Shown here piece after piece: positions 49,842 to 58,355 of a stretch of DNA of 64,000 bases. The DNA is from Candidatus Omnitrophota bacterium (GTDB lineage Bacteria; Omnitrophota; Gorgyraeia; JAHJTE01). Positions within the stretch are counted from its first letter, which is position 1, and each line of letters starts with the position of its first letter. The position numbers were made by a program, and so were the translations under genes. Below the pieces are notes generated by a model. It ran no database searches. It worked only from the letters and a program-made list of their open reading frames with translations, and had not been told where the DNA came from. The stretch covers positions 71,674-135,673 of the forward strand of contig JAHJTE010000003.1 in NCBI GenBank assembly GCA_018830005.1. Reading direction: 5' to 3'.

Positions 49842-51511
49842 TTTTTATCTTCTAGATTTAAGTATTCGGGAGTATACTCAAACAATCTCTTGACCTTCTT
49901 GGTGATAAATATGGAAGGTCTTACAAATGCCAGATAGGTTTTTGCGCCATTTTTTATTAAGGCATTGTTGCTTTTTGCTTTTTTAAGAAAAGAGAGATAT
50001 TCTTCTTCCAGATGGATCTTAGTAAATTCTGCGGCAAGTTGCATGGCCCGCCCAGCATGACGCATAATCTGAATATTCTCAACCCCTGATATATCATCAA
50101 AAAACCAGCCGCAACTAGTCTGCATTAACATCTGATGGCGCTGCATCTCTAAGAGTTTTATAATGTTAGATTTATCGATTGCGGTTAAATTCTTTTTCAC
50201 CCGCGTTGCTAAAAAATGTTCAATATTTCTAATAGTCCTGTTCAAAATAACTTCAATATAATTATTGCGTAAATCCCAGGGGTCTGCCGTAAAAGTAGAC
50301 ATCTCCTTTTCATAGATCTGGGCTAATTTTACGGTCAACCAACTGGTTGCCTCTCGCAAAGGTTCTCTCCAGGTCTGTTTCCAAGTCGGGTTCATTCCTG
50401 AACTGCAACCGCAATTCCCTCTCCAGCGCTCAATGCCATGAGAACAACTCCATGAGGTATTCTCTAGAATTAAGACCTCATGGCTAGGAGAAAATTTATC
50501 CAAATATTCACCATAAATCGTAATCTTAACGGCCGGGTCTTGCTCTAATTTCTTTAGACAATAGGCTAATGCCATATTGCCAAAACTATGGTGATGCCCA
50601 TAATTTTCTCCATCTGTAGCAATATGAACTAAGTGCGGACGACCCTCTTCCTTTCTAAAACCGGACAACAGGCGTTTAGTAAGATTCTCACCGTTTTTTA
50701 AAAGATTGCCGAATGATATTTCATTAGAGATGTCATGGTTATAGAAGAATATTACCAGTGATTTTTTTGAAGGCAGACGGCAAAGGTAAGGCATTTTTAA
50801 ATCAATCTTATCTTTATCTGTGCTCTGCCATTCTTTTTCTCCTATCTTCCTTACTGCCTTAGCCTGGTGAGGGGCAAGAATGGTAAACTTAATACCGCCT
50901 TGAGCTAATAATTCCAAGGTATCTAGGTCAACTGCTGTTTCAGGCAGCCACATTCCCTCTGGCTTCCTCTTGAAGCGGTATTCAAAATCACTTATGCCCC
51001 AGGCCACCTGAGTCTTTTTATCCTGCGAATTTGCCAAGGGCATAATTAAATGATTGTAACATTGAGCTAACGCCGAGCCGTGGCCTGAAAAATACTTCTT
51101 ACTCTCTTTGTCTGACTTAATTATTTCCTTATAGGTCTTTGGCTCGTTTTTCTCTAGCCAAGATAGGAGTGTAGACCCGAAATTAAAACTAATCCGGGTG
51201 TAATTGTTAAGCCGCTCGATAACCCTTTTTTTGGAATCGAGTATTGGAGAGGAGATATTTACAGAGTAACATTCTTTGCTAATCTTCTCATTCCAATCAT
51301 GGAACGGATATGCGCTATCTTGAACTTCAACCTCTTCCAACCAAGGGTTCTCCCGAGTCGGTTGATAAAAATGCCCGTGAATACATATATATTTTCTATG
51401 TTGACTCATCTCTTTGAAATATATTTTTTTGGCAAAAAGGGCCAAAAAATCCCTGCCCTGCCCTATAATTATACCATTATTTTCCCTAAAGTATTCAATT
51501 GATTTTTGCAA
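49838..51511 (-). CDS. GH57 family protein with DUF3536-type C-terminus (alpha-amylase-like)
   Basis: YICIHGHFYQPTRENPWLEEVEVQDSAYPFHDWNEKISKECY matches the N-terminal signature of cyanobacterial-type GH57/DUF3536 proteins. The true start may be the internal Met (MSQHRK). Confidence 0.7.
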   Translation of the reverse strand: MQKSIEYFRENNGIIIGQGRDFLALFAKKIYFKEMSQHRKYICIHGHFYQPTRENPWLEEVEVQDSAYPFHDWNEKISKECYSVNISSPILDSKKRVIERLNNYTRISFNFGSTLLSWLEKNEPKTYKEIIKSDKESKKYFSGHGSALAQCYNHLIMPLANSQDKKTQVAWGISDFEYRFKRKPEGMWLPETAVDLDTLELLAQGGIKFTILAPHQAKAVRKIGEKEWQSTDKDKIDLKMPYLCRLPSKKSLVIFFYNHDISNEISFGNLLKNGENLTKRLLSGFRKEEGRPHLVHIATDGENYGHHHSFGNMALAYCLKKLEQDPAVKITIYGEYLDKFSPSHEVLILENTSWSCSHGIERWRGNCGCSSGMNPTWKQTWREPLREATSWLTVKLAQIYEKEMSTFTADPWDLRNNYIEVILNRTIRNIEHFLATRVKKNLTAIDKSNIIKLLEMQRHQMLMQTSCGWFFDDISGVENIQIMRHAGRAMQLAAEFTKIHLEEEYLSFLKKAKSNNALIKNGAKTYLAFVRPSIFITKKVKRLFEYTPEYLNLEDKK

Positions 51512-51536
51512 AAATAAGTGCTAAATTATACTTAAT

Positions 51537-52196
51537 ATGTACACCCTCCTAGAAAACAATCTCCTTTCCAAACAAGACGCCAGGCGGCTAGAAAAATCCT
51601 TCTTTTCAAAACCCAGCCTTAAAAAAGCCACCAAAATAAAAAGTATCTCTCTAATATCCCTCCTGGTTATAATCTTGGCAACTGTTATAATTGTATTTAT
51701 ACAAAACTATAATATCCTAATCTTGCCCAGCTCTGATAGATTAATTAATGCCACTGACTTGCTTTCGGCAAAGCACCTAGTAGAGCTTGAGCTGATAAAG
51801 GACGCTGGCAATTCTAAAATTAAAAATTTTATATATCTCGATTCGCCTATCCAAAGAGAAATCGGCTTTAATATAAACTTTAAAGAAGAAACCGACCTAA
51901 ATAATGTCAAATTGATCGTGGTGATTAAAAAAACATTGCAAGATTTCAATCTTGATCTAATTTTACGGGATAAAAGTTTTAAGTCTAATGCCAGAAATCC
52001 AATCCATATACAGGTGAAGACACCGGACGCCAAATCAGAATTTATCCAGATACCTATTTCTTTTTACCAAGATACTAATTACAATTTAAACTTTACAAGA
52101 ATAAAACAAATAAGGCTTATTTTTTCTCAAAAAGAAGGAATCAATTCTCCGATTTTGGTAAAAAATATTTTTCTTCAAAAAACAAAGGACGGTTGA
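51537..52196 (+). CDS. Hypothetical single-pass membrane protein, co-operonic with the ParA-CBM48 ATPase
   Basis: Basic 35-aa N-terminus, one TM helix (SLISLLVIILATVIIVFI), ~160-aa C-terminal region. Stop is 2 nt before the ParA-like start. Confidence 0.45.
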   Translation: MYTLLENNLLSKQDARRLEKSFFSKPSLKKATKIKSISLISLLVIILATVIIVFIQNYNILILPSSDRLINATDLLSAKHLVELELIKDAGNSKIKNFIYLDSPIQREIGFNINFKEETDLNNVKLIVVIKKTLQDFNLDLILRDKSFKSNARNPIHIQVKTPDAKSEFIQIPISFYQDTNYNLNFTRIKQIRLIFSQKEGINSPILVKNIFLQKTKDG

Positions 52197-52197
52197 C

Positions 52198-53304
52198 ATG
52201 AAAATACTATCATTTGTAAATCAAAAAGGCGGCTGTGGCAAGACCACATCTGCGGTAAATTTAGCTTGGGCCATCTCTAATAAAGACTACCAAACACTGC
52301 TTATTGATTTAGATCCTCAAGCCCACGCTACATTTTCTCTGGCAGTTGAGCCTAAATTTACTACTGCTGATTTGTTCGAGAATATTACCAATAACAGCAA
52401 AATTGATTACCAAGATTTTGCTGATTTCCTTATCTCTCGTACTAAAAATTTATGGGTATTAGGCTCTAGCATCGGATTAAGTGCTATAGAAACTAGCTTG
52501 ACTAGTCAGGATTATAAATTAGACATTCTAAGGGAGCTGCTAGAATCTATCTCTTCCAATTTTGATTGTTGCGTTATTGATTGCCCTCCCAACCTGGGCA
52601 TCCTGACCTTAAATGCTCTTATCGCCAGTAATTATGCCCTTGCTCCCCTTGGCATATGCGAATTATCATTAAAAGGAGTAGAGAATTTAAATAATATAAT
52701 GACTTTACTGCGCAAACATAATCAAAAAATTCCTGAACTCTTTTATCTGGCAACCCAATTGGATAGGCGCTATAAATTCTCATATAAATTTATTGATAAA
52801 TTAAAAAATGAGCTGGGGGATAAATTACTCTCTACAATGATTCGAACCAATATCCGTTTAAGAGAAGCTGCTGCAGAAGGAAAAAGTATATATGAATTTA
52901 ATAGTGCTAGCCGGGGAGCCCAAGATTATTCCCAACTTGCGGATGAACTTGAAATAATTATGCAGCTGGAAAGAAAAGAGACCGCAACCCCGGAGGTGGT
53001 AATAGAAGAAGAAGCAAGAGAAATCAAAAATCGCATAGACGAAGATTCGGGTATAAAATTGTTTTTTAAAGGTAGGCACCTAAATGAGGTATTTGTGGTA
53101 GGCGAGTTTAACAGCTGGTGCAAAGATAATAATTTTAAATTAAAAAAGGTGGATGAAGAAAACTGGTGCATTACTCTGCCGCTTAAAAAAGGAACTTACC
53201 CTTATAAGTTCATTGCTGATGGGAGATGGATAAGTGATCCTGAAAATCCCCTGCGAGAAAAAGATCCTTTCGGAGGAGAAAACTCTATACTTTTGGTAAA
53301 GTAA
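52198..53304 (+). CDS. ParA/MinD-family P-loop ATPase fused to C-terminal CBM48 glycogen-binding domain
   Basis: Deviant Walker A NQKGGCGKTTSAVNLA with signature Lys, and ParA-like core (LLIDLDPQAH, DCVIIDCPPNLG). After a linker, the C-terminal ~100 aa reads GEFNSW...LKKGTYPYKFIADGRWISDPENP...GGENSILLV, a CBM48 signature. Confidence 0.8.
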   Translation: MKILSFVNQKGGCGKTTSAVNLAWAISNKDYQTLLIDLDPQAHATFSLAVEPKFTTADLFENITNNSKIDYQDFADFLISRTKNLWVLGSSIGLSAIETSLTSQDYKLDILRELLESISSNFDCCVIDCPPNLGILTLNALIASNYALAPLGICELSLKGVENLNNIMTLLRKHNQKIPELFYLATQLDRRYKFSYKFIDKLKNELGDKLLSTMIRTNIRLREAAAEGKSIYEFNSASRGAQDYSQLADELEIIMQLERKETATPEVVIEEEAREIKNRIDEDSGIKLFFKGRHLNEVFVVGEFNSWCKDNNFKLKKVDEENWCITLPLKKGTYPYKFIADGRWISDPENPLREKDPFGGENSILLVK

Positions 53305-53351
53305 TAGCCAAGTAACCTCCTTAGCCTTCCTAAATCCCCTTCTGTTTATAG

Positions 53352-54563
53352 TTAAAAGTATACTACATCTTCCTGATAGAACAAGGAGAGAAACAATAAC
53401 ATGTAGTCTCTTATATGGCGGGTTATGAGAAAATTATTACGTATATGCTCTCTGCCATTCTGGCCTAATTTCTTTGCATAGGAAGGACTGTTTAGAAGCT
53501 GCTTAATATTGTAAGCAGCCCCTTGAACCGAATGGCAAAGTAGACCTGAATATTTATGCTTTATTTGAAGGGGAATCCCTCCAACATTGGAGGCTACCAC
53601 AGGCTTAGCCTTCCAAAGTGCCTCAGCTACCGTAAGGCCAAATCCTTCCCGTAATGACTTCTGAACAATAACTGTTGATGCGCTCTGCAAAGCATTTATT
53701 TCAATATCATTTTGGGACATCAATAGAATATGTATATCTTTATCCTCTTTAGCCATTTCCTGAACCTCGGAAAAAACTTTAGCACCCTCCGGATCATCAG
53801 TTGCGCTGCCTCCGGCCAAAATCAGCTGACAATCTATATATCGTTTCACCAGCTTATATGCCTGGATAACCCCCAGAGGGTCTTTTAATCGGTCGAAACG
53901 GGATATCTGAGTAATAATAGGTTTATCTTGAATAATATTATATTTATGCAATACAGTTTTAATTGTCTCGGGCGGTAATTTTATATTTTTATCGCTTAAG
54001 GGATCAATGGAAGGAGAAATTAAATACTGCCTAATGGGCAGTGGTCGGGAAAAGGCCGGGGCAGAAAATACGGCAGAATCATATTTAACAATAAAATCCT
54101 TAAGGAAGGACCAGACTTTTTCATCAGGATTAGAAATATCAATATGGCAACGCCAAAGCCATTTATTAGCAGCTTTCTTTCTTATCAAGGCAATAGGTTG
54201 AGGATCATGTATATATACAATGTCTCCGTAGGTATTTACCTCTTCGATATTCTTTAAGCTAGTTTGCATAAATATATCAAAATCCCGCTGACCTATATCT
54301 TCAGGCTTTCCATGCAGGGCATTGTGGAATTTCTTAGTGACGGCAAAGAATTGTTCTCCTCCCTTTATCACATCCCACTTTGTTTGGACCCCTAGTTCGT
54401 TTAGGAGCGGAACCATTCTATTAAGAATCTCAGCTACTCCACCTCCCACTGCTGTAGAGTTAATATGCTGGATAACCTTACCTCTTAACTTTTCGGCAAT
54501 CAGCTTTAAATCGTCTATTACTGATTGATTTACAATAGGGATATAGTCATTTAGCTTTGCCAT
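53352..54563 (-). CDS. treT: Trehalose glycosyltransferring synthase (NDP-glucose:glucose)
   Basis: Blocks HINSTAVGGGVAEIL, HDPQPIALI, WLWRCHIDIS, PSIDPLSDKN, PIITQISRFD, REGFGLTVAEALWKAKPVV and NFLITRHIRDY align with archaeal/thermophile TreT. Confidence 0.85.
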   Translation of the reverse strand: MAKLNDYIPIVNQSVIDDLKLIAEKLRGKVIQHINSTAVGGGVAEILNRMVPLLNELGVQTKWDVIKGGEQFFAVTKKFHNALHGKPEDIGQRDFDIFMQTSLKNIEEVNTYGDIVYIHDPQPIALIRKKAANKWLWRCHIDISNPDEKVWSFLKDFIVKYDSAVFSAPAFSRPLPIRQYLISPSIDPLSDKNIKLPPETIKTVLHKYNIIQDKPIITQISRFDRLKDPLGVIQAYKLVKRYIDCQLILAGGSATDDPEGAKVFSEVQEMAKEDKDIHILLMSQNDIEINALQSASTVIVQKSLREGFGLTVAEALWKAKPVVASNVGGIPLQIKHKYSGLLCHSVQGAAYNIKQLLNSPSYAKKLGQNGREHIRNNFLITRHIRDYMLLFLSLFYQEDVVYF

Positions 54564-54568
54564 GGCGC

Positions 54569-55237
54569 TTAACGAATTCTCTTCTTTATTACTCTAATCA
54601 ATGTTTTTCTCAAATCTTCAAGGGTATGAGTATAAGGATCTAGACTAGCTATTTCCTCGGCAAGGCGTTTATCATCAAAGGAAGAGATTATCCAGTTAGA
54701 AAAATCATTTGAGCCCTTTTCCAGCCTTAAACGTGCCTCAAATATATGAAAATATATAGAATCAATGGTAACCTTTTTTAAGATATCCAAGAATTCTTTC
54801 AAATTATTAGCTATATGATGGGTAGGAATGATAAAACTCACTGACTTTATAAAGTGGAATTCTTCATTCTGCCTAGCAAATCTTAACTTGGCTGATGGGT
54901 TACTTTCTAGATAGGCTTGGATGCTAGTAATTAATGCCTCTCTAAGAGCGCGTATGTTATTAAATTGTATGGTGTCAATACTGGCTAGCTGCTCTCCTAA
55001 CTCATCTTCACTCAAGGCCTCGCTAACCCAATAGGCAAAATCATTTGGCGGTTCTGGAGAGAGGTATTGATGTTGCTGTAAAAATCTATGGGTATGGTGG
55101 TATATGCAAGAACCAGGCACCTCCTTGAGTAGATTTAATAGCTGCTCTAGATTAGTCGCCTTAAATCCTGTTAACTCTGATAAGTGTAACCTGGTATAAA
55201 ATCTGAATGGCTCCTTAGCTGCTCTCTGCCTTTTCAT
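54569..55237 (-). CDS. Hypothetical protein co-operonic with treT
   Basis: 222-aa soluble protein; 6-nt spacing to treT. No recognisable motif. Confidence 0.4.
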   Translation of the reverse strand: MKRQRAAKEPFRFYTRLHLSELTGFKATNLEQLLNLLKEVPGSCIYHHTHRFLQQHQYLSPEPPNDFAYWVSEALSEDELGEQLASIDTIQFNNIRALREALITSIQAYLESNPSAKLRFARQNEEFHFIKSVSFIIPTHHIANNLKEFLDILKKVTIDSIYFHIFEARLRLEKGSNDFSNWIISSFDDKRLAEEIASLDPYTHTLEDLRKTLIRVIKKRIR

Positions 55238-55627
55238 GGTCTGTATCTTCTCATTCCTTTAGGTAAATAATCTAAGCAATTTAATAAGTATAGTACTTTT
55301 TTTACCTGAGTCAATAGCTTTATTTCCTGACTCTTTATTGCTGGCTCCTGCAAAAACTCACAGGTCAGTAGAGATAAATCCGCAGTTTTCCCTCATTTGC
55401 CGGCCCGGTACAAGCCTCTGGCTAGGGCCGAGACGAGCGGACAGATACGAAGACGAATAAAAAACCCATCTTTAAAAAAGATGGGCAAAAATAGAACTGT
55501 ACCTTTTTAAAAATGGCACCGTCCGTTTTTCTATAAATTTTCACAAATCAACATCATGAATAATATCAACTACCACCCGAGTTTTTTCATCTAAAATCAC
55601 AACGTCCCCGCCAACTTTTAACCTTAC

Positions 55628-55770
55628 AAAACAAAAAATTACCTCTATCAGTAGTGATAGAGGTAATTATCAAGACTGGTTCCTTCCTACATAATCTTGG
55701 CACAGCCTAAGATTGTATCAGGACTAGCCCTATGAAATCTGCAAGATTTCATAGGGCAACTGGCTACCTA
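55628..55770 (-). repeat. Structured repeat copy A (conserved hairpins + GGAAGGAA + terminator); candidate sRNA
   Basis: Perfect 12-bp hairpin CCCTATGAAATC/GATTTCATAGGG (55728-55756). On the minus strand it is followed by GGAAGGAA and hairpin ACCUCUAUCAC-UAC-UGAUAGAGGU plus UUUUUUGUUUUG (55628-55664). Confidence 0.4.
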
Positions 55771-55839
55771 TTATAAAAACTGAATACGTTCTATCTTTTA
55801 TGCTTCTTTCGTGGTATAATACAATAAAAGGAGTAACAA

Positions 55840-55997
55840 TGAAAGAAGTCGCCTCGATTAAAAGAAAGAGAATCTGCAAATTCCTTCACTGTAAGAGTAT
55901 TTTAAGTATTTACAACCAGGAAATCTACTGTTATGTGCACCAGAAGGAAGCTGATAATAAAAAATCTCACCCATTATCCAGCGTCAACGTCCATTAA
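55840..55997 (+). CDS. Unannotated-start small Cys/His-containing protein (52 aa)
   Basis: Extended -10 TGGTATAAT at ~55812-55820 and RBS AAAGGAG 6 nt before ATG. Protein is MKEVASIKRKRICKFLHCKS...YCYVHQ. Confidence 0.35.
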
Positions 55998-56088
55998 CAA
56001 TACAAACTCTAAGAACCACGCAGGATTTTTAACTATCAACTCTGCGTAATTTATAGTTTCTATTGGGTTATTCTAGACGCCGTAGCAT

Positions 56089-56256
56089 CTATGTACGGCC
56101 ACTATTTCCGCGCTTCGAAAAACACTCCTTACAGTATACGGGACGGTCTCCGCTAGGTTTAAAAGGGACTTCACATTCTTTTTTACATTCTGAGCATGTC
56201 GCCTTGTGCATCTCTCGCGGACGCCCGCCATACCCACCATTTCGTCCAAATGCCAT
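56089..56256 (-). CDS. Unannotated 55-aa C4 zinc-ribbon protein (DksA/TraR-like C-x2-C-x17-C-x2-C)
   Basis: Manual translation gives MAFGRNGGYGGRPREMHKATCSECKKECEVPFKPSGDRPVYCKECFSKRGNSGRT. RBS AAAAAGGAGG 5 nt upstream. Paralogous to the zinc-ribbon of the upstream gene. Confidence 0.45.
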   Translation of the reverse strand: MAFGRNGGYGGRPREMHKATCSECKKECEVPFKPSGDRPVYCKECFSKRGNSGRT

Positions 56257-56365
56257 GTTGCCTCCTTTTTTAGTTCCGTTAAAAGTTTAAAACTCAAGTT
56301 AACTACGTTTTTCTTATTAAGATTGACCATAGGCAGTAAATCATAAAACATCCTTATCCAAATAC

Positions 56366-56866
56366 TTAAATACGTTCTTTTCGTCTTCGAAAGATTGATT
56401 TCTTCTTTTTTTCAGAGCTTCGGTTTTCGCCGCCCCGTTGTCTATCAAAATGGCGACCTTGAACAAAATCACCTTCTCTAGACTTACTGTCGTAATTTTC
56501 TTTAAACGAACTGTCTCCCTTGCGCTTTAAAAAGCATTCCTTGCAATACACCGGACGATCTCCGCTGGGCTTGAACGGGATTTCGCACTCTTTGTTGCAG
56601 TCTGCGCAAATAACCCGAGTATAAGTTTTTTCCCTGGGACCATTGCCCTGTATTCCTCTGTCATGACGATGAGAATGATCGAAGCGCCGGAAAGGCTTTT
56701 GGGAATAGCTTTTCTCAAAAGGCCTTTTTAAAGACTGGCTGATTAAGATATCCAGCTTCTTCTCCATGGCACTCAACTGCTGCTGCACTTTATTAATGAG
56801 GCCAGCTACACCCGATTCATCCTGCGGCGCGACTAATAAACTTTTGCGCTTAAAACGTTTTTTCAC
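56366..56866 (-). CDS. Coiled-coil + C4 zinc-finger protein, DksA/TraR-like
   Basis: N-terminal helical region (GLINKVQQQLSAMEKKLDILISQ), then CADCNKECEIPFKPSGDRPVYCKEC with exact C-x2-C-x17-C-x2-C spacing and an I-P...RP motif as in DksA/TraR. Basic C-terminal tail. GTG start. Confidence 0.45.
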   Translation of the reverse strand: MKKRFKRKSLLVAPQDESGVAGLINKVQQQLSAMEKKLDILISQSLKRPFEKSYSQKPFRRFDHSHRHDRGIQGNGPREKTYTRVICADCNKECEIPFKPSGDRPVYCKECFLKRKGDSSFKENYDSKSREGDFVQGRHFDRQRGGENRSSEKKKKSIFRRRKERI

Positions 56867-56894
56867 ATTACCCCTTTCTTTTTACCTACTGTAA

Positions 56895-57035
56895 CACAAA
56901 TAAAAACCCCTTGCAACTTATTTCGCTAAAAGGGGCTGAAAGTAATGACTCCCTCCTATAGAATCGAAAGATTGTATAGGACTAATCCTGTGAAAATCTT
57001 TGATTTTCATAGGGCCTATTGGACGATTTTAGAGC
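56895..57035 (-). repeat. Structured repeat copy B (conserved hairpins + GGAGGGAG + terminator); candidate sRNA
   Basis: ~86-nt block nearly identical to copy C. P2 hairpin CCTGTGAAAATC/GATTTTCATAGG (56987-57013). On the minus strand it is followed by GGAGGGAG and hairpin CCCCUU...AAGGGG plus UUUUUAUUUGUG (56895-56936). Confidence 0.45.
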
Positions 57036-57175
57036 TTTTTGCTTCAATAAATACAGAAAAGCTATCTAAGAAATTTATCCTTGGTAGCTACAGATAAGCC
57101 GCTTCAAAAATTTTTGCCTTTCGTGTATATATTTCCAGCAACTTATATGTAATATCTATGTCGAATATGATAAGT

Positions 57176-58210
57176 TTACATCTCATCCTTCACCATACCT
57201 GCAAGCTGTCCACATGCGGCTTGTATGTCTTTGCCCTTCGATTCACGCAAGGTCACGTTTACTCCTTTTTCCTTGAGTCTATTCTTAAATATATTAACGT
57301 CGTTTACTGTGGGAAGTTTAAGGTTAAAGTTATAAACAGGACTATAGGGTATCAGGTTTACCTTAGCCCTTAATCTTTTAACTATTGCCGCGAGACCATC
57401 TACATCCTTTGACGAATCATTTTTGTTTTTTATTAATATATATTCAAGCGTAATCATTCGCCCGCCTGACTTTATAAAATCCTCGCAGGTCCTTATGAGT
57501 TCTCCTAACGGATATTTTCTGTTAACCGGCATAAGCTCGTTCCTTAGTTTATTATGTACGGCGTGAAGAGATAGTGACAGGTTAACCTGTAATTTGAGCT
57601 GCTTGAATTTCTTTATTCCCGGAATTATCCCACACGTTGAAACGGTAATTCTCCTAGCAGCTATGTCAAGTGCTTTTGGGCCATTCATTATCTTAATCGC
57701 TTTTGAAACATTTTCGTAATTATCCAAGGGTTCGCCCATACCCATGAATACGAAATTTGTTATCTTATGTTTAAGGCCATATTGCAAATAAAGTATTTGG
57801 GCTAAAATCTCTGAGGTGGTGAGATTACGTATAAAACCTTTTAGCCCGCTTGCGCAGAAACGGCAGCCGTATTTACAGCCAACCTGGGTAGAAAGACAAA
57901 CTGTTCTTCTCTCCTTGCTATATATAAGTACGGTTTCTATAAAATTGCCGTCTGAGAGCCTAAATAGAAATTTCTCGGTCTTATCAACTGAGATAAGATG
58001 GCGCGCAAGCTCAAGGATTCCTATATAATAAAGAGTAGTTAGTTTATCTCTAAGATGCCTTGCTATATTACTCATTCCATTAAAATCGGTTGTACCTCTT
58101 TTGTAAAGCCAGAAGAATATCTGCTCAGCCCTATAATCTGGTTCTGAAATATTTTTCATTTGGACTTTTAGTTCTCCAAGAGTGAAATTTTTTATATCCT
58201 TTTTATCCAT
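57176..58210 (-). CDS. rlmN: 23S rRNA (adenine2503-C2)-methyltransferase, radical SAM
   Basis: CLSTQVGCKYGCRFCASG cluster motif and RlmN-like length and C-terminal Cys (AACGQLAG). Confidence 0.9.
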   Translation of the reverse strand: MDKKDIKNFTLGELKVQMKNISEPDYRAEQIFFWLYKRGTTDFNGMSNIARHLRDKLTTLYYIGILELARHLISVDKTEKFLFRLSDGNFIETVLIYSKERRTVCLSTQVGCKYGCRFCASGLKGFIRNLTTSEILAQILYLQYGLKHKITNFVFMGMGEPLDNYENVSKAIKIMNGPKALDIAARRITVSTCGIIPGIKKFKQLKLQVNLSLSLHAVHNKLRNELMPVNRKYPLGELIRTCEDFIKSGGRMITLEYILIKNKNDSSKDVDGLAAIVKRLRAKVNLIPYSPVYNFNLKLPTVNDVNIFKNRLKEKGVNVTLRESKGKDIQAACGQLAGMVKDEM

Positions 58211-58355
58211 CTCTCAATAATCTATATTCTTCCTTTTGCAATTTTTTGAACACCTTTATGTTAATAATCTTAGCGAAATCCCGACTCTCTTGTCGAGACG
58301 CAACTGGCTATATACCGAAAGTAATGAATGGAAAGAAAGCTACAAGCTCAAAGTA

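Noticed and set aside
55330-55470. Locally GC-richer patch (GCCGGCCCGGTACAAGCCTCTGGCTAGGGCCGAGACGAGCGG) considered as possible SRP RNA, tmRNA or tRNA
   Set aside because: It contains CAGGTCAG but lacks the conserved SRP domain IV GGAA/AGCAGCC core. It also lacks tRNA T-arm GTTCGAATC and tmRNA termini. Only a perfect bidirectional hairpin (CCCATCTTTTaaaaaAGATGGG at 55458-55492) is evident, probably a terminator.
57158-57373. 71-aa plus-strand ORF following repeat copy B
   Set aside because: It overlaps the 3' end of rlmN on the opposite strand and lacks an RBS, so it is likely spurious. The analogous ORF after copy C (63131-63352) is likewise unsupported.
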